Made by a program: the position numbers and the translations under genes
In this document: positions 49,516 through 59,987 of the stretch, one piece after another
Position numbering within the stretch: the stretch's first letter is position 1
Layout of the letters: each line of letters begins with the position of its first letter
The notes under the pieces: model-generated
Seen by the model: only the letters and a program-made list of their open reading frames with translations
The model's database searches: none
What the model was told of the DNA's origin: nothing
Source of the DNA: Flavobacteriales bacterium
GTDB lineage: Bacteria > Bacteroidota > Bacteroidia > Flavobacteriales > TMED113
Direction of reading: 5' to 3'
Assembly: GCA_002701365.1 (NCBI GenBank)
Contig: NZUK01000002.1
Span: forward strand, 46,195-110,194
Length of the DNA stretch: 64,000 bases

Positions 49516-50841
49516 TTGACAAAAGTATACTTTATAGATTTGAGACTATTTATTCCCATATTATTTTTACCTCTAATAATTTTTGGTCAGTGTGTTACTG
49601 GCGATTGTATTTCCGGGACGGGTGAATACAAACTAAAGAATGCTGTGTATTCTGGTGAATTTATAGATTCAGAAATTAATGGTGATGGAGTGTTTTCAAC
49701 AAAAAGAGGATATACTTATAATGGCAGTTGGCGAAATGGGTTGAAAGATGGATATGGCAGCGAAAGTTTCAAAAAATCATATTCATATACTGGCAGTTTT
49801 TCAAAAAACCGACGACATGGTCATGGAACCGCATCTATGGAGTCGACTAAGTACATGCAAAATATAAATTATTCTGGGAACTGGTTTTATGGAACAATGT
49901 GTGGTAAAGGAGAACTTACATATGTCAGGCAGGTAAAATATGGTCGCGATAAAATTGAAGAAAAAAACACGCTTCAAGGAGAGTTTTTTAATGGTATTTT
50001 TCAAGGAAGACAAACTAGCCCATATTCGGATGAGTTAAAGTGGAAAGCATTTGATTTAAAAACGAATAATTTTCAGAAGTATTATAATCCAAGTGAGAAG
50101 GAACGCAAAAAACTTAAAAATCCCGCTACATTGGAGGGCGATATCATGGTGGATTGCCAATGCATGGACAATACAATAGTTTTTAATGCTACCGCCCTAT
50201 TTAGACAAGACCTTTCATGGTGGTCTACCAAGGATATACCAACAAAAACAAAAACAATTGTTTTAAACAGTAGGCAGCGGGAGTTTGATATTATTGAGTG
50301 GCATGCTCGAGCACTACAGGCACACTTGAATAAGAAAAAATTAATTTGTAGCAGTGAGTCACTTGAGGTTTTTTGGCAAGAGCTTCAATCATTTAAAAGA
50401 GAGTCGGATCAAATTAGGAAACAGTATAATGTGGAGACGGCCTGGAACCCCAAGAAGGGAATTCCAAAAAACACAAGTGTTCAAGAGAGGTGGAATAATA
50501 AAATTTCAAAAAAGCTGAAAAAATATGAAAAAATAAATGAAAAATTTAGCAACAAAAAAACCAAAAAATCTAAGTCAAAAGATGATAAAAAGGCTGTTTG
50601 TCAGGAAATGAATATAGATTTAAGTATTTGCCCCGTTATCCCAAAAACAGAAGTCATAAAGATAGAAGAGCCAAAAAAAATCAAGAAAACTAGAAAAAAT
50701 CATGTAGGCCAGATGTTGGCTGCGTGGAATGAGGGCTGGCAAGCTCAAGCCCAAAGAAGAGAAAACAAAAAAGAAGAAAACAAACTAAAAGCTCCTAGGT
50801 CATTCCAGCCACAATTCCCAAGATCTCAGCAATTAGAATAG
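49516..50841 (+). CDS. Secreted MORN-repeat protein with Lys-rich C-terminal region of unknown function
   Basis: Hydrophobic N-terminus. About 5 MORN units (YSGEFIDSEINGDG, YNGSWRNGLKDGYG, YTGSFSKNRRHGHG, YSGNWFYGTMCGKG). The C-terminal half has no motif I recognise. The start is an uncertain TTG (see finding). Confidence 0.6.
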   Translation: MTKVYFIDLRLFIPILFLPLIIFGQCVTGDCISGTGEYKLKNAVYSGEFIDSEINGDGVFSTKRGYTYNGSWRNGLKDGYGSESFKKSYSYTGSFSKNRRHGHGTASMESTKYMQNINYSGNWFYGTMCGKGELTYVRQVKYGRDKIEEKNTLQGEFFNGIFQGRQTSPYSDELKWKAFDLKTNNFQKYYNPSEKERKKLKNPATLEGDIMVDCQCMDNTIVFNATALFRQDLSWWSTKDIPTKTKTIVLNSRQREFDIIEWHARALQAHLNKKKLICSSESLEVFWQELQSFKRESDQIRKQYNVETAWNPKKGIPKNTSVQERWNNKISKKLKKYEKINEKFSNKKTKKSKSKDDKKAVCQEMNIDLSICPVIPKTEVIKIEEPKKIKKTRKNHVGQMLAAWNEGWQAQAQRRENKKEENKLKAPRSFQPQFPRSQQLE

Positions 50842-50915
50842 TCTAAAGTGTTGTCAGCAATATTTAATAGCTAAATAATAGTATTTTTTTTTATCTTTAG
50901 TGAAATTCTATACTT

Positions 50916-53900
50916 ATGAAAAACCTTATATTCTATATTTTTTTTATTGGATTTTTTTTGTGCGCACCAGCACAAATCCAAGTAAATGAATTTTTTGCTG
51001 ACAACGGAGATTGTTGTTTGGATGATTTTAATGAAACAGAAGATTTTTTAGAGCTAATAAATCTTGGGCCTTCTCCAATTGACCTAGCAGGCTATTTTTT
51101 TGGAGATCAAGATGGAGGAACAACGATACAGAGTGGATATCCTGAGATTACCACCATCAGTAGCGGAGGAGTTTTGGTTTTATGGTATGATAATGATCCA
51201 GATCAAGGCCCACTTCACATAGAGGCCAAGTTAAATAATGATGGCGAAAACATTATTGGAATAGACCCCGAAGGGAATGCTATTATTGACATTGTGTATG
51301 GGGCTCAATCTGAAGATGTTTCTTTTATCGCCCTCCCAGATGGCGCCACGTATGATGAGGGGTGGAGCTTTAGCATGTGCCCTACCCCAGGAGAATTTAA
51401 CCAGGACTGCCCATTATTAGAGGGCTGCACAAGTCCAAATGCGACTAATTATAATGCTAATGCTACAATCGAAGATGCGTCCTGTTTGTTTGGAGTCTTT
51501 AATGGAATCATGATTAATGAGTATTCGGCGTCAAACTGTGATAATGATGGAGGCGATTGTGGAGATTATGAAGACTGGGTTGAATTGTTTAATAACTCTC
51601 AAGAGCCAGTTGATTTACAAGGTTATTTTTTAAGTGATAAAATAGACAATTTACTTAAATGGCAGTTTCCAAATTCTTTGATTTTACAGCCTCAAGAGCA
51701 TGTTGTAATATATGCTTCGGGGCTAAATCCAGATTTAGAAATTTCTACAAATGAAACAAGCTTTAAGCTTTCTCAGACAAAGAACAATGAATATATAATA
51801 TTAGTTTCTCCAGATTTAACAACTATTGATTATGTTCAATTATCGAGACATAAACTTAATCACTCTATAGGGCGAACTGCAGATGGAGCCTCCGACTGGT
51901 CGATTTTTACTAACTCAAGCCCAGGGGGGGCAAATACAGATTCATATATTAATTATAAAGCAACACCATACTTTAATTATAATGCAGGATTTTATGAAAA
52001 TTCGATAGAATTAATTATTAACTGTGATGATGTCAATGTTGATATATATTATACCCTAGATGGCTCGATTCCGAACACCGGTTCAGCCCTTTATGGATCT
52101 ATCGATCAAAGCGGTAATATTCAATTATCGGAGCCCGGTCTTATTGTAGACAACACTGTGGTTGTTCGCGCAATCGCTATAAGTCAAGATAATCAATATC
52201 TAAATAGCTTTGTTGAAACAAACACATATTTTCTGAATCAAGAACACACTATGCATGTTATTTCTATCGCAGGATCACAGGTAGATAATTTGCTGTATGG
52301 TAATCAAATACGACCGATTGGATCTTTTGAAATCTTCAATAGTGACGGAGCGTTAATTGATGAGGCCGTTGGGGAGTTTAACAAGCATGGCAACGATTCG
52401 TGGGCTTATGATCAGCGTGGTTTAGATTTTATTATTCGTGATCAGTATGGCTATAATCACGCAATTAATGATAAGCTTTTTACAACCAAAGATCGCGATT
52501 CTTTTCAAAGATTAATTTTAAAGTGTGCAGCTAATGATAATTATCCTGCTACTTTTGGCTCTCCAGCTCACATTAGAGATTCTTATTGTCACTCCTTGTC
52601 ACAGATTGGCGATTTGAGAATGGATGAGCGCTCACATGAGTCGTGCATTTTATATGTAAACGGAGAATATTGGGGCGTTTATGATTATAGGGAGAAGGTT
52701 GATGACTTAGATTTTTTAGAGTACTATTATGATCAGGGAGAAGGTTATGTTGATTTTTTAAAGACATGGGGAGGCACCTGGGTGGAATTTGGAGATAACA
52801 CTACTGAAAATGAATGGGACGATTTAGTTGACTTTATCACAGGTAATGACATGTCAGATATAGATAACTATACATATGTAAAAAGCGTTTATAACACGGG
52901 AAGTCTAATTGATTACTTTATTTTAAATTCTTATGTTGTTGCCATGGATTGGTTAAATTGGAATACCGGCTGGTGGAGAGGAAAAAATCCAAATGGAGAT
53001 AAAAGAAAATGGAGGTATATTTTGTGGGACATGGATGCTACTTTTGGTCACTATGTAAATTATACAGGGATACCAGACACTGGTGCTGGTGCAGATCCTT
53101 GTGATCCAGAAACACTGGGGGATCCAGGAGGCCAGGGCCATGTGCCAATTCTTAATGCCCTATTTGACAACGACGAGTTTAGTGCAGATTATATTAATCG
53201 TTATGCCGACCTCTCTAACACAATTTTTAGTTGTGATTTTATGATTGGACACTTAGATAGTTTGATAAATATTATTGAGCCAGAAATGCCGGCCCAAATA
53301 GAAAGATGGGGAGGAAGTTTTTCTCAATGGGAAGATAATGTTCAAGAGTTGCGAGATTTTATTTTAGAAAGATGCTCAGATGAGTTTGTTGAAGGTATGG
53401 AAGATTGCTATGATGTAGAGGCTATGAATGTTACCGTTATTATAGAGGGAGATGGTGAAGTGGAGCTGAACTCTATAGAGCTAGACACTGAAAACAGTCC
53501 CTGGACAGGAGTGTACTATTCTGGACTTCCAATCAGTATGTCGGCTAATGCGAGCAGTAATGCTTTTAATTTTTATTGGGAGGTGATTGAGGGAGATCTG
53601 GTTTTAGAGGACCCCACAAATCCAGATATTATTTTTGACCTAAGCTCAACAATAGTTATAGTGGCTCATTTTGAGGAATGTCTATCTGTAGCTACTGAGG
53701 AAATTGTTGGGCCGACGGTAGTTCAGGAGGGGTCAATTTGGCAATATACTTTTCCTTCTGAATTTACTAATACATCTGAGTGGTCTGTTAGTGGTGGAGA
53801 AATTTTATTTACATCATCATCGGAAAACACGATAGCTATTCAGTGGAATTATGGAACTGGGCAGGGTCAGATAGTTTTGAGCCAATACAATATAGGTGGT

Positions 53901-54320
53901 GATCTAGAGTGTCTTTTTACTGCAATTGAGATTACGGAGGCTCCAATTAAATACGAGTGTCTTGGTGACGGTATTTGCGAACAGTCTCTTACTGGTCAGT
54001 TTTTGTCCTATGAGGACTGTGTTGAATCGTGTGAACAGGCAACATCAGTCTTTGAAGATCTCTCAACCGCCACTGCCCAGGTTATTGTGTTTCCAAATCC
54101 GTCTGAGCAGGTGTTTAATGTAGTTGCGTATAATACAAACGCAACAGAAATGACAATGTACGACCTTAGTGGCAAGCTGGTTTATCATTGCTCGGGCTGT
54201 TTTGGAGAAAACGGTGAAGAGCCACACGCAATTAGTCTTCAGTCGATCTCTTCAGGCATCTATGTTTTAAAGGTTCAATCACCATTAGGCAGCATTATTA
54301 AAAAGGTCGCGGTAAAATAG
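50916..54320 (+). CDS. Secreted LTD-LTD-CotH (atypical kinase-like) multidomain protein with T9SS C-terminal sorting domain
   Basis: Signal peptide. Two lamin-tail-like domains (VNEFFADN..DFLELINLG..IDLAGYFFGD and INEYSASN..DWVELFNNS..VDLQGYFLSD). A CotH-like core (CILYVNGEYWGVYDYREKVD, RYILWDMDATFGH). The CTD runs VFPNPSEQVFNV...SGIYVLKV..KKVAVK. Confidence 0.7.
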   Translation: MKNLIFYIFFIGFFLCAPAQIQVNEFFADNGDCCLDDFNETEDFLELINLGPSPIDLAGYFFGDQDGGTTIQSGYPEITTISSGGVLVLWYDNDPDQGPLHIEAKLNNDGENIIGIDPEGNAIIDIVYGAQSEDVSFIALPDGATYDEGWSFSMCPTPGEFNQDCPLLEGCTSPNATNYNANATIEDASCLFGVFNGIMINEYSASNCDNDGGDCGDYEDWVELFNNSQEPVDLQGYFLSDKIDNLLKWQFPNSLILQPQEHVVIYASGLNPDLEISTNETSFKLSQTKNNEYIILVSPDLTTIDYVQLSRHKLNHSIGRTADGASDWSIFTNSSPGGANTDSYINYKATPYFNYNAGFYENSIELIINCDDVNVDIYYTLDGSIPNTGSALYGSIDQSGNIQLSEPGLIVDNTVVVRAIAISQDNQYLNSFVETNTYFLNQEHTMHVISIAGSQVDNLLYGNQIRPIGSFEIFNSDGALIDEAVGEFNKHGNDSWAYDQRGLDFIIRDQYGYNHAINDKLFTTKDRDSFQRLILKCAANDNYPATFGSPAHIRDSYCHSLSQIGDLRMDERSHESCILYVNGEYWGVYDYREKVDDLDFLEYYYDQGEGYVDFLKTWGGTWVEFGDNTTENEWDDLVDFITGNDMSDIDNYTYVKSVYNTGSLIDYFILNSYVVAMDWLNWNTGWWRGKNPNGDKRKWRYILWDMDATFGHYVNYTGIPDTGAGADPCDPETLGDPGGQGHVPILNALFDNDEFSADYINRYADLSNTIFSCDFMIGHLDSLINIIEPEMPAQIERWGGSFSQWEDNVQELRDFILERCSDEFVEGMEDCYDVEAMNVTVIIEGDGEVELNSIELDTENSPWTGVYYSGLPISMSANASSNAFNFYWEVIEGDLVLEDPTNPDIIFDLSSTIVIVAHFEECLSVATEEIVGPTVVQEGSIWQYTFPSEFTNTSEWSVSGGEILFTSSSENTIAIQWNYGTGQGQIVLSQYNIGGDLECLFTAIEITEAPIKYECLGDGICEQSLTGQFLSYEDCVESCEQATSVFEDLSTATAQVIVFPNPSEQVFNVVAYNTNATEMTMYDLSGKLVYHCSGCFGENGEEPHAISLQSISSGIYVLKVQSPLGSIIKKVAVK

Positions 54321-54377
54321 ACTTAATCTATTGATTATAAGTTAATTATAGAAATTGTTTCACGTGGAACATTTCGG

Positions 54378-56246
54378 TTATCGTCCCATGTGAACAAGCA
54401 GAACGCTTATGTCTGACGGTGAAACCCCCGAGATTCGTGAAGCCTGGCCTATCGTATTGGGTTGAATTCGTTTTAGTTTCTCTCGCCCTTCACTTGAGAT
54501 AGATTTAATCTTTGTATAATTAAAGTTTTTTGGAAGGGTGATATTCTCTAGCCTATTAAACTTTTCAACATTTTCTCTTTCTTTCTCTATGTATCCCGAG
54601 TATTTCAAAGATATCTCTACTTGGTCAATAGACTCTCTGTCTAATTTATTTACTTTAAAAAACTCTGATACTGAGCTGCAATTCATAACATGTTCAAAAG
54701 AAATGTTAGGTCTTGAAAGAATTTTTGAGATCCTGGTTTTGTTTTTAATTGTGCTTTCACCAAGATTAATTAATGTTGGGTTGATTTCTTCGGGGGATAT
54801 ATTTTTGGACTGAATAAGGTGTGATAATTTTTTAATATAATCTAATTTATAATTAAGACGTTCAACTCTTTCGCTAGAAGCTAGTCCGATGCTGGCTCCA
54901 ATTTGCGTTAGTCGGAGGTCTGCGTTATCTTGTCGCAGCAGTATTCTATATTCAGCTCTAGACGTGAACATTCTATATGGTTCGTCAGTTCCCTTTGTGA
55001 CCAGGTCATCAATAAGTACCCCAATGTACCCTTCATTTCTTTTAATAATAAAGGGAGGAAGTTTTTCTATTTTGTGCGAAGCATTTATTCCAGCAATTAA
55101 TCCCTGGCAGGCAGCTTCTTCGTACCCAGTCGTTCCGTTGATTTGCCCTGCAAAAAACAAGTTTTCAACAACTTTAGTTTCAAGACTATGATTTAGCTGG
55201 GTTGGTGGAAAGTAGTCATATTCTATTGCATAGCCAGGTCTAAAAAGTTTTACTTTCTCAAACCCAGGTATTTCTCTTAGGGCATCGTGTTGAATTTTTT
55301 CGGGGAGAGATGTTGAAAATCCATTTACATATATCTCGCATGTTTTTCTTCCTTCGGGCTCTATGAAAATTTGATGTCGTTCTTTGTCTTCAAAACGAGT
55401 TATTTTATCTTCTATTGACGGACAGTATCTTGGACCAGCGCCCTTAATGCTGCCATCAAATAGAGGTGAATTTTTAAAACCTGCCTTAAGTATTTCGTGA
55501 ACTTTTTTATTTGTGTAACACATGTGGCAAGAGACTTGGTTTTTTAAAATCGACCTGTTCAAAAAACTAAACGTTTGCGGTGTTTCGTCGCCAGAATCTT
55601 TTTCTAGAAGATCATAATTTAGTGTTCTTCCGTCAATTCTTGGGGGAGTCCCTGTTTTCATTCTTCCAGTTATAAAGCCAGCTTTTTTAAGGGATTCTGA
55701 AATTCCTTTAGAAGATTTTTCTCCTGATCTTCCTCCTTGAAAATTTTTTTTACCAACGTGAATAAGTCCGTTAAGAAAAGTCCCGTTTGTAAGTATAACG
55801 CATTTACTTTTAATAGACCTGCCTAAGGCAGTTACAACACCATGAATTTTATTATTTTCGATAATTAAATCTATAACCATATCTTGCCAGAAGTCAATGT
55901 TTGGGATGTTCTCTAGTTGAAATCGCCATTCTGCTGCAAATTCCATTCTGTCACTTTGAGCTCTTGGGCTCCACATTGCAGGCCCCTTAGATTTGTTAAG
56001 CATTTTGTACTGAATCATGGTATTGTCAGTAATAATACCTGAGTACCCTCCTAGTGCATCAATCTCTCTAATTATTTGCCCTTTTGCAATACCTCCCATG
56101 GCAGGGTTACAAGACATTTGCCCAATGGTTTGCATGTTCATTGTAATTAGGAGTACCTTTTTTCCAAGATTGGCTGCGGCTGCGGCCGCCTCACATCCTG
56201 CGTGCCCGCCACCAACAACGATAACATCATGATGATTGTTAAACAT
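54378..56246 (-). CDS. mnmG: tRNA uridine 5-carboxymethylaminomethyl modification enzyme MnmG (GidA)
   Basis: FAD motif [14 protein letters not shown] and highly conserved MnmG blocks ([39 protein letters not shown]). Confidence 0.95.
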   Translation of the reverse strand: MFNNHHDVIVVGGGHAGCEAAAAAANLGKKVLLITMNMQTIGQMSCNPAMGGIAKGQIIREIDALGGYSGIITDNTMIQYKMLNKSKGPAMWSPRAQSDRMEFAAEWRFQLENIPNIDFWQDMVIDLIIENNKIHGVVTALGRSIKSKCVILTNGTFLNGLIHVGKKNFQGGRSGEKSSKGISESLKKAGFITGRMKTGTPPRIDGRTLNYDLLEKDSGDETPQTFSFLNRSILKNQVSCHMCYTNKKVHEILKAGFKNSPLFDGSIKGAGPRYCPSIEDKITRFEDKERHQIFIEPEGRKTCEIYVNGFSTSLPEKIQHDALREIPGFEKVKLFRPGYAIEYDYFPPTQLNHSLETKVVENLFFAGQINGTTGYEEAACQGLIAGINASHKIEKLPPFIIKRNEGYIGVLIDDLVTKGTDEPYRMFTSRAEYRILLRQDNADLRLTQIGASIGLASSERVERLNYKLDYIKKLSHLIQSKNISPEEINPTLINLGESTIKNKTRISKILSRPNISFEHVMNCSSVSEFFKVNKLDRESIDQVEISLKYSGYIEKERENVEKFNRLENITLPKNFNYTKIKSISSEGREKLKRIQPNTIGQASRISGVSPSDISVLLVHMGR

Positions 56247-56247
56247 G

Positions 56248-56694
56248 CTAGTTGGTTTTTAGTTTAATATAGGTATTTTCTTTTTCTCTCATAATTTTTT
56301 TTTCAGCCTTAGATTCATCTTTGAAGCCAATTAAATGAAGGCAGCCATGGACCATTATACGCTTCAATTCCTCGGCAAATATAGTGTTATATTTTTTTTT
56401 ATTTTCTTTGACTCGCTCAATGCTAACAAAAACGTCTCCAGAAATACTGCTGCAAGACCGAATCTCTAAAAAATCAGGCTCTGGGTGCGGAAAAGCAATA
56501 ACGTCTGTTAAATACGCTCTTTTCAAGTATTTAATGTTTAGCGACCTTAAATATTCGTCTGAGCAAAAAATAAAATTTAAAACACCAGCTTCTTTTTTTT
56601 CCTTAGAAAGACAAAGCTTTAACCATTTTTTTGTAGGCATGCCATATTTAAACTTTGGTATGTCTTCAAAAAAGTAATTAATCTCTAGTTCCAT
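56248..56694 (-). CDS. ybeY: rRNA maturation endoribonuclease YbeY
   Basis: 148 aa with the metal motif [11 protein letters not shown]. Confidence 0.85.
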   Translation of the reverse strand: MELEINYFFEDIPKFKYGMPTKKWLKLCLSKEKKEAGVLNFIFCSDEYLRSLNIKYLKRAYLTDVIAFPHPEPDFLEIRSCSSISGDVFVSIERVKENKKKYNTIFAEELKRIMVHGCLHLIGFKDESKAEKKIMREKENTYIKLKTN

Positions 56695-56699
56695 TTTAA

Positions 56700-59600
56700 T
56701 TATTTTAAAATTAAATTAAAGTATCTGTCAATCTTTTGTTTGTAGTAATCATTTATTTGAAGAGGCTTTGTTTTGAAAAGCTCCGTTTGTCTTAATTTTT
56801 CTTGCTCATATTGTTCATACGCTTCGTTAAGAATTCGTTCATACTCAGATATGGCGGGTTTAGATTCACGCTCATCGTCTTCTCCTTGTTCTCTCATAGA
56901 CTGTTCAACTTCCAAAAGTTTAGTTATTATTTCTTTTTGTCTTAATAAAGACTCCATTGTTATTTGATTGTTTGCAATATCTTTTTCAGTTTTTTCCATT
57001 TCCTCAATAGCCTTATCTAAAGACTTTAAGCCATCTTTGTCTTTCATCTCATTTCGCAGCTCTTCTAGAGACTCTCTAATTAATTCTTGTTTTGCCATCA
57101 TTTCAACAAGTTTTTTAGACAGGTTTTCGCCTTGCATGTTGTTTTGTTCTCCTCGCCCCATCTGTTGTTTCATTTGTTGTAGGTGTTCGCTTAATTCTTT
57201 TTGCATTTTTTTTAAGTCTCCTGGTTTTGGGGACCCTTTTCCAGGTTTTTCACACTGCTGTGTACTTGGCAAATCATTTGCCATATCTTGCTGCATTTGT
57301 TCTAATATGCTTGAAAGCAATACGGCAAGATTGTTAGCAGAAGTCATAATAAATTGTTGTTCTTGCACAGCTTTTAATGTTAAGCGCTCTCTAAGGTAAT
57401 CAATCGCAGATCCAGTTTTTTGATCAATGTAATTAATCTCTCTATTAATTTTTGAAGAAACTTGAGGAACGCGCTTACTTAAAGCAAAAAGGGAATCTTC
57501 GATGATTTTAGCAGCATCACGTAAGTCTTGCTGCTTGTGCATTAATTCCACATATCTTGGGTTGTCTTTTTCCAGCTCTTGAAAATCTAGAAGAATATTT
57601 TCTTCCTCCAATGAAAAATAAACTAAATTTTCTAGTATTTGTCTTAAAACATCCATGTTTTCATAGTGTTGGCTTTCACTGTTATCTGATTTAGTTTTTT
57701 CAAAGAAGTTGGCCAATTCTTGTAATTTTTTTCCAGTCTCTTTTTGTGATTTGCTTGCTTTTTTATTTTGCTTTTTTTCTAAGTTTTGCTGTCCCTTTTC
57801 TAGCTCATTTTTTATAGTTTCTTCTAGTGTTTTAGTTGTTCCAATTTTTTTCTTATTCTCTAAACTTTTATTTAATTGTTGCATTTCTTTTATATCCTCT
57901 TGAATTTTTTTAAAATCTTCTATGTGTTTTTTTTGAGACTCTAGTTTTGATGGTGCGTCATTTTGATTCTGAGACAATTTATTCTGCTCCTTCTCAAGCA
58001 GGTTTATTTTAGCTATAATATTTTCAATTTTTTGATCTAATTCAACTTGTTTTAGAATTTCTAGATTTCTATCGAGTTCTTTTTCTAAATCTTCATTAGA
58101 AAGTTGTAATTTTTTTAATTTCTGTTGAAGGTCTTCTTTACTTAATTGATCTTTTAGTTTATTTAATTCTTGATATAATTCTTTTATTTCATCCGGCATT
58201 ATTTCGTTAAATAATTTTTCAAGAGCAGCCTGTTTTTTTAGAATTTCCTTGCTTGGTTGAGAATTGTTATTATGTTGCTCAAAGTTTAGTTTTGAGGTCT
58301 CTTTTAGTCCGTCTATTTTTTTTTCTAGGGCAGCCTGTTTTTTTAGAATTTCTTCTAACCTTTTACGGTCTCGCCAATCAAGCGAATCTTTTTCTATTAA
58401 GTCTTTTTCAAAATCAGACAATTCTTTTTCTAGATTTTTTATAATGGTCATTTCTGCCGTAATAGTATTTTTTATTTCCTGGTTTATTTGTTCATAATTT
58501 TCTTCAACTTCGTCAAATGTTGGAGCATTAAAGGTGATAATTTCGCTCTGTGTTTCTTTATAATTGTTTGGTGCATCATTGTCTTTGACAACAAAATAAA
58601 AATCAATTGATTCACCAGGCTTGAATTGTGTTGAAATATCTGTACTAGCGTAAACAAAGGATTGAGAGCGCAAATTATTATTAATTAATATTTTTTGTTT
58701 TAATGTTGTGTCTCTATTCGCGCCGTAAATTCTTGCAAATCCATCTAGTCTTGAAAAACCATAATCGTCTTGAATTAAACCAGTAATTACAGGTGGTGAA
58801 TTTTTATCTTTACTCTTAGATTGAATAGAAATTTTTGGATGATTATCCTTAATAGTTTTTATGTCATAAAATGTGGTGTCAACAAAGGAAACGTTGGAGT
58901 TTGCTAGTGAAATTTGATATTTTAAATCAGAAAGAATGAGTTGTTTTTTTTCAAAAACCCCGTTGTTATTTTTAGTTATAAAATTATTGTTAAATAGCAG
59001 CGTGTCAGTTTTATTTGTTTTTATTTTCCATGTTACTACTGAGCCTTGCGGAACTTGAATAGAACTTATATTTTTTTGAACTTCTTTATTTAGCCCAGTG
59101 TGCTTTGGGGGCATGATAACTATATCTATACCCTCTATGCTTGGTCTACCCAGAACAGTTATATAATAATCTTTTGAGAATTCATTGTTGGCAGAAAAAT
59201 AGAATTTGGTGTTATTTTCTAATGCGTAAAAAGTATATTCAAACTCTGACGCAGAAATTTGTTTCATTTTTTGAGACCGTAGATTATAATTAATGCTAAC
59301 AGTTTTAGGGATTTCATTACCCGTTATATTTACGAGAATTTTTAAATTATTTTTTTCAACAGCAACTAATGAATCGTATTCTAAATTAAAGTAAAATGGA
59401 GCAGGCTTTTCAAAGTAAGTATTGTAATTTATAATTCTTAAAGTGCTATTTGAGATTGCTTCTTTGTTGCCAGAAACAATAAAGATTAAAACAACTATAA
59501 TGGGAATTAGTAGGTACTTGGAGTACTTAAAAGTTGACTCCCAGTCAATAGCTTTATTAAATGGAGTAGGTTGAACTTCCTTTATTTTTTGTTCAATGCT

Positions 59601-59987
59601 TGCATAAATCAAGGCCTCGCTTCCTTCATTAAGGCTTTTAAGTTCAAGAATATTAGTTAATTTATCAGAGACTTCCTTAAAGTGTAATCCAATTATTTTC
59701 GCAGCTTCTTTATGTGATAAGTGATTAGCGGTTAGCTTTACCATTTTCACATAGGGAATCACAATAAATCTTATAATAATTAAGATTGTTGATAGGCAAT
59801 ATGTCCAAAAAAACATACTTCGGACAACTCCACTTAGAAAACTTAAATGTTCTATGATTGCAAAAAGAAATAAAAGGGCAAATAAACTGATAGAGGAATA
59901 TATGCAGCCTCGAAATATAAGATTTCTATAGTATGCTCTTACAAACTGGTTTAGTTTAGATATAAGTATTTCATAGCTCTTTTGCAT
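56700..59987 (-). CDS. Large membrane-anchored coiled-coil protein (possibly DUF4175 family)
   Basis: N-terminal TM helices, a beta-rich middle section and about 550 aa of K/E/Q-rich coiled coil. The likely start is ATG 59987 (MQKSYEIL); the listed start 60011 is a GTG. The family name was not verified. Confidence 0.5.
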   Translation of the reverse strand: MQKSYEILISKLNQFVRAYYRNLIFRGCIYSSISLFALLFLFAIIEHLSFLSGVVRSMFFWTYCLSTILIIIRFIVIPYVKMVKLTANHLSHKEAAKIIGLHFKEVSDKLTNILELKSLNEGSEALIYASIEQKIKEVQPTPFNKAIDWESTFKYSKYLLIPIIVVLIFIVSGNKEAISNSTLRIINYNTYFEKPAPFYFNLEYDSLVAVEKNNLKILVNITGNEIPKTVSINYNLRSQKMKQISASEFEYTFYALENNTKFYFSANNEFSKDYYITVLGRPSIEGIDIVIMPPKHTGLNKEVQKNISSIQVPQGSVVTWKIKTNKTDTLLFNNNFITKNNNGVFEKKQLILSDLKYQISLANSNVSFVDTTFYDIKTIKDNHPKISIQSKSKDKNSPPVITGLIQDDYGFSRLDGFARIYGANRDTTLKQKILINNNLRSQSFVYASTDISTQFKPGESIDFYFVVKDNDAPNNYKETQSEIITFNAPTFDEVEENYEQINQEIKNTITAEMTIIKNLEKELSDFEKDLIEKDSLDWRDRKRLEEILKKQAALEKKIDGLKETSKLNFEQHNNNSQPSKEILKKQAALEKLFNEIMPDEIKELYQELNKLKDQLSKEDLQQKLKKLQLSNEDLEKELDRNLEILKQVELDQKIENIIAKINLLEKEQNKLSQNQNDAPSKLESQKKHIEDFKKIQEDIKEMQQLNKSLENKKKIGTTKTLEETIKNELEKGQQNLEKKQNKKASKSQKETGKKLQELANFFEKTKSDNSESQHYENMDVLRQILENLVYFSLEEENILLDFQELEKDNPRYVELMHKQQDLRDAAKIIEDSLFALSKRVPQVSSKINREINYIDQKTGSAIDYLRERLTLKAVQEQQFIMTSANNLAVLLSSILEQMQQDMANDLPSTQQCEKPGKGSPKPGDLKKMQKELSEHLQQMKQQMGRGEQNNMQGENLSKKLVEMMAKQELIRESLEELRNEMKDKDGLKSLDKAIEEMEKTEKDIANNQITMESLLRQKEIITKLLEVEQSMREQGEDDERESKPAISEYERILNEAYEQYEQEKLRQTELFKTKPLQINDYYKQKIDRYFNLILK
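58225..58352. repeat. Intragenic direct repeat (identical 23-mers, 105 nt apart)
   Basis: The sequence gcagcctgtttttttagaatttc occurs at 58225..58247 and 58330..58352. It encodes the duplicated EILKKQAALEK peptide on the minus strand. Confidence 0.85.

Noticed and set aside
49395-54320. An integrative genomic island at tRNA-Arg, and likewise at tRNA-Cys (62010 onward).
   Set aside because: I could not find an integrase, excisionase or transposase, or a direct repeat of the tRNA 3' end. Only the accessory nature of the adjacent genes hints at an island, so mobility is not claimed.
54345-54362. A CACGTG-centred near-palindrome between the CotH gene and mnmG as a terminator or operator.
   Set aside because: Only the 6-bp core is self-complementary and the flanks mismatch. 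There is no stable stem or T-tract.
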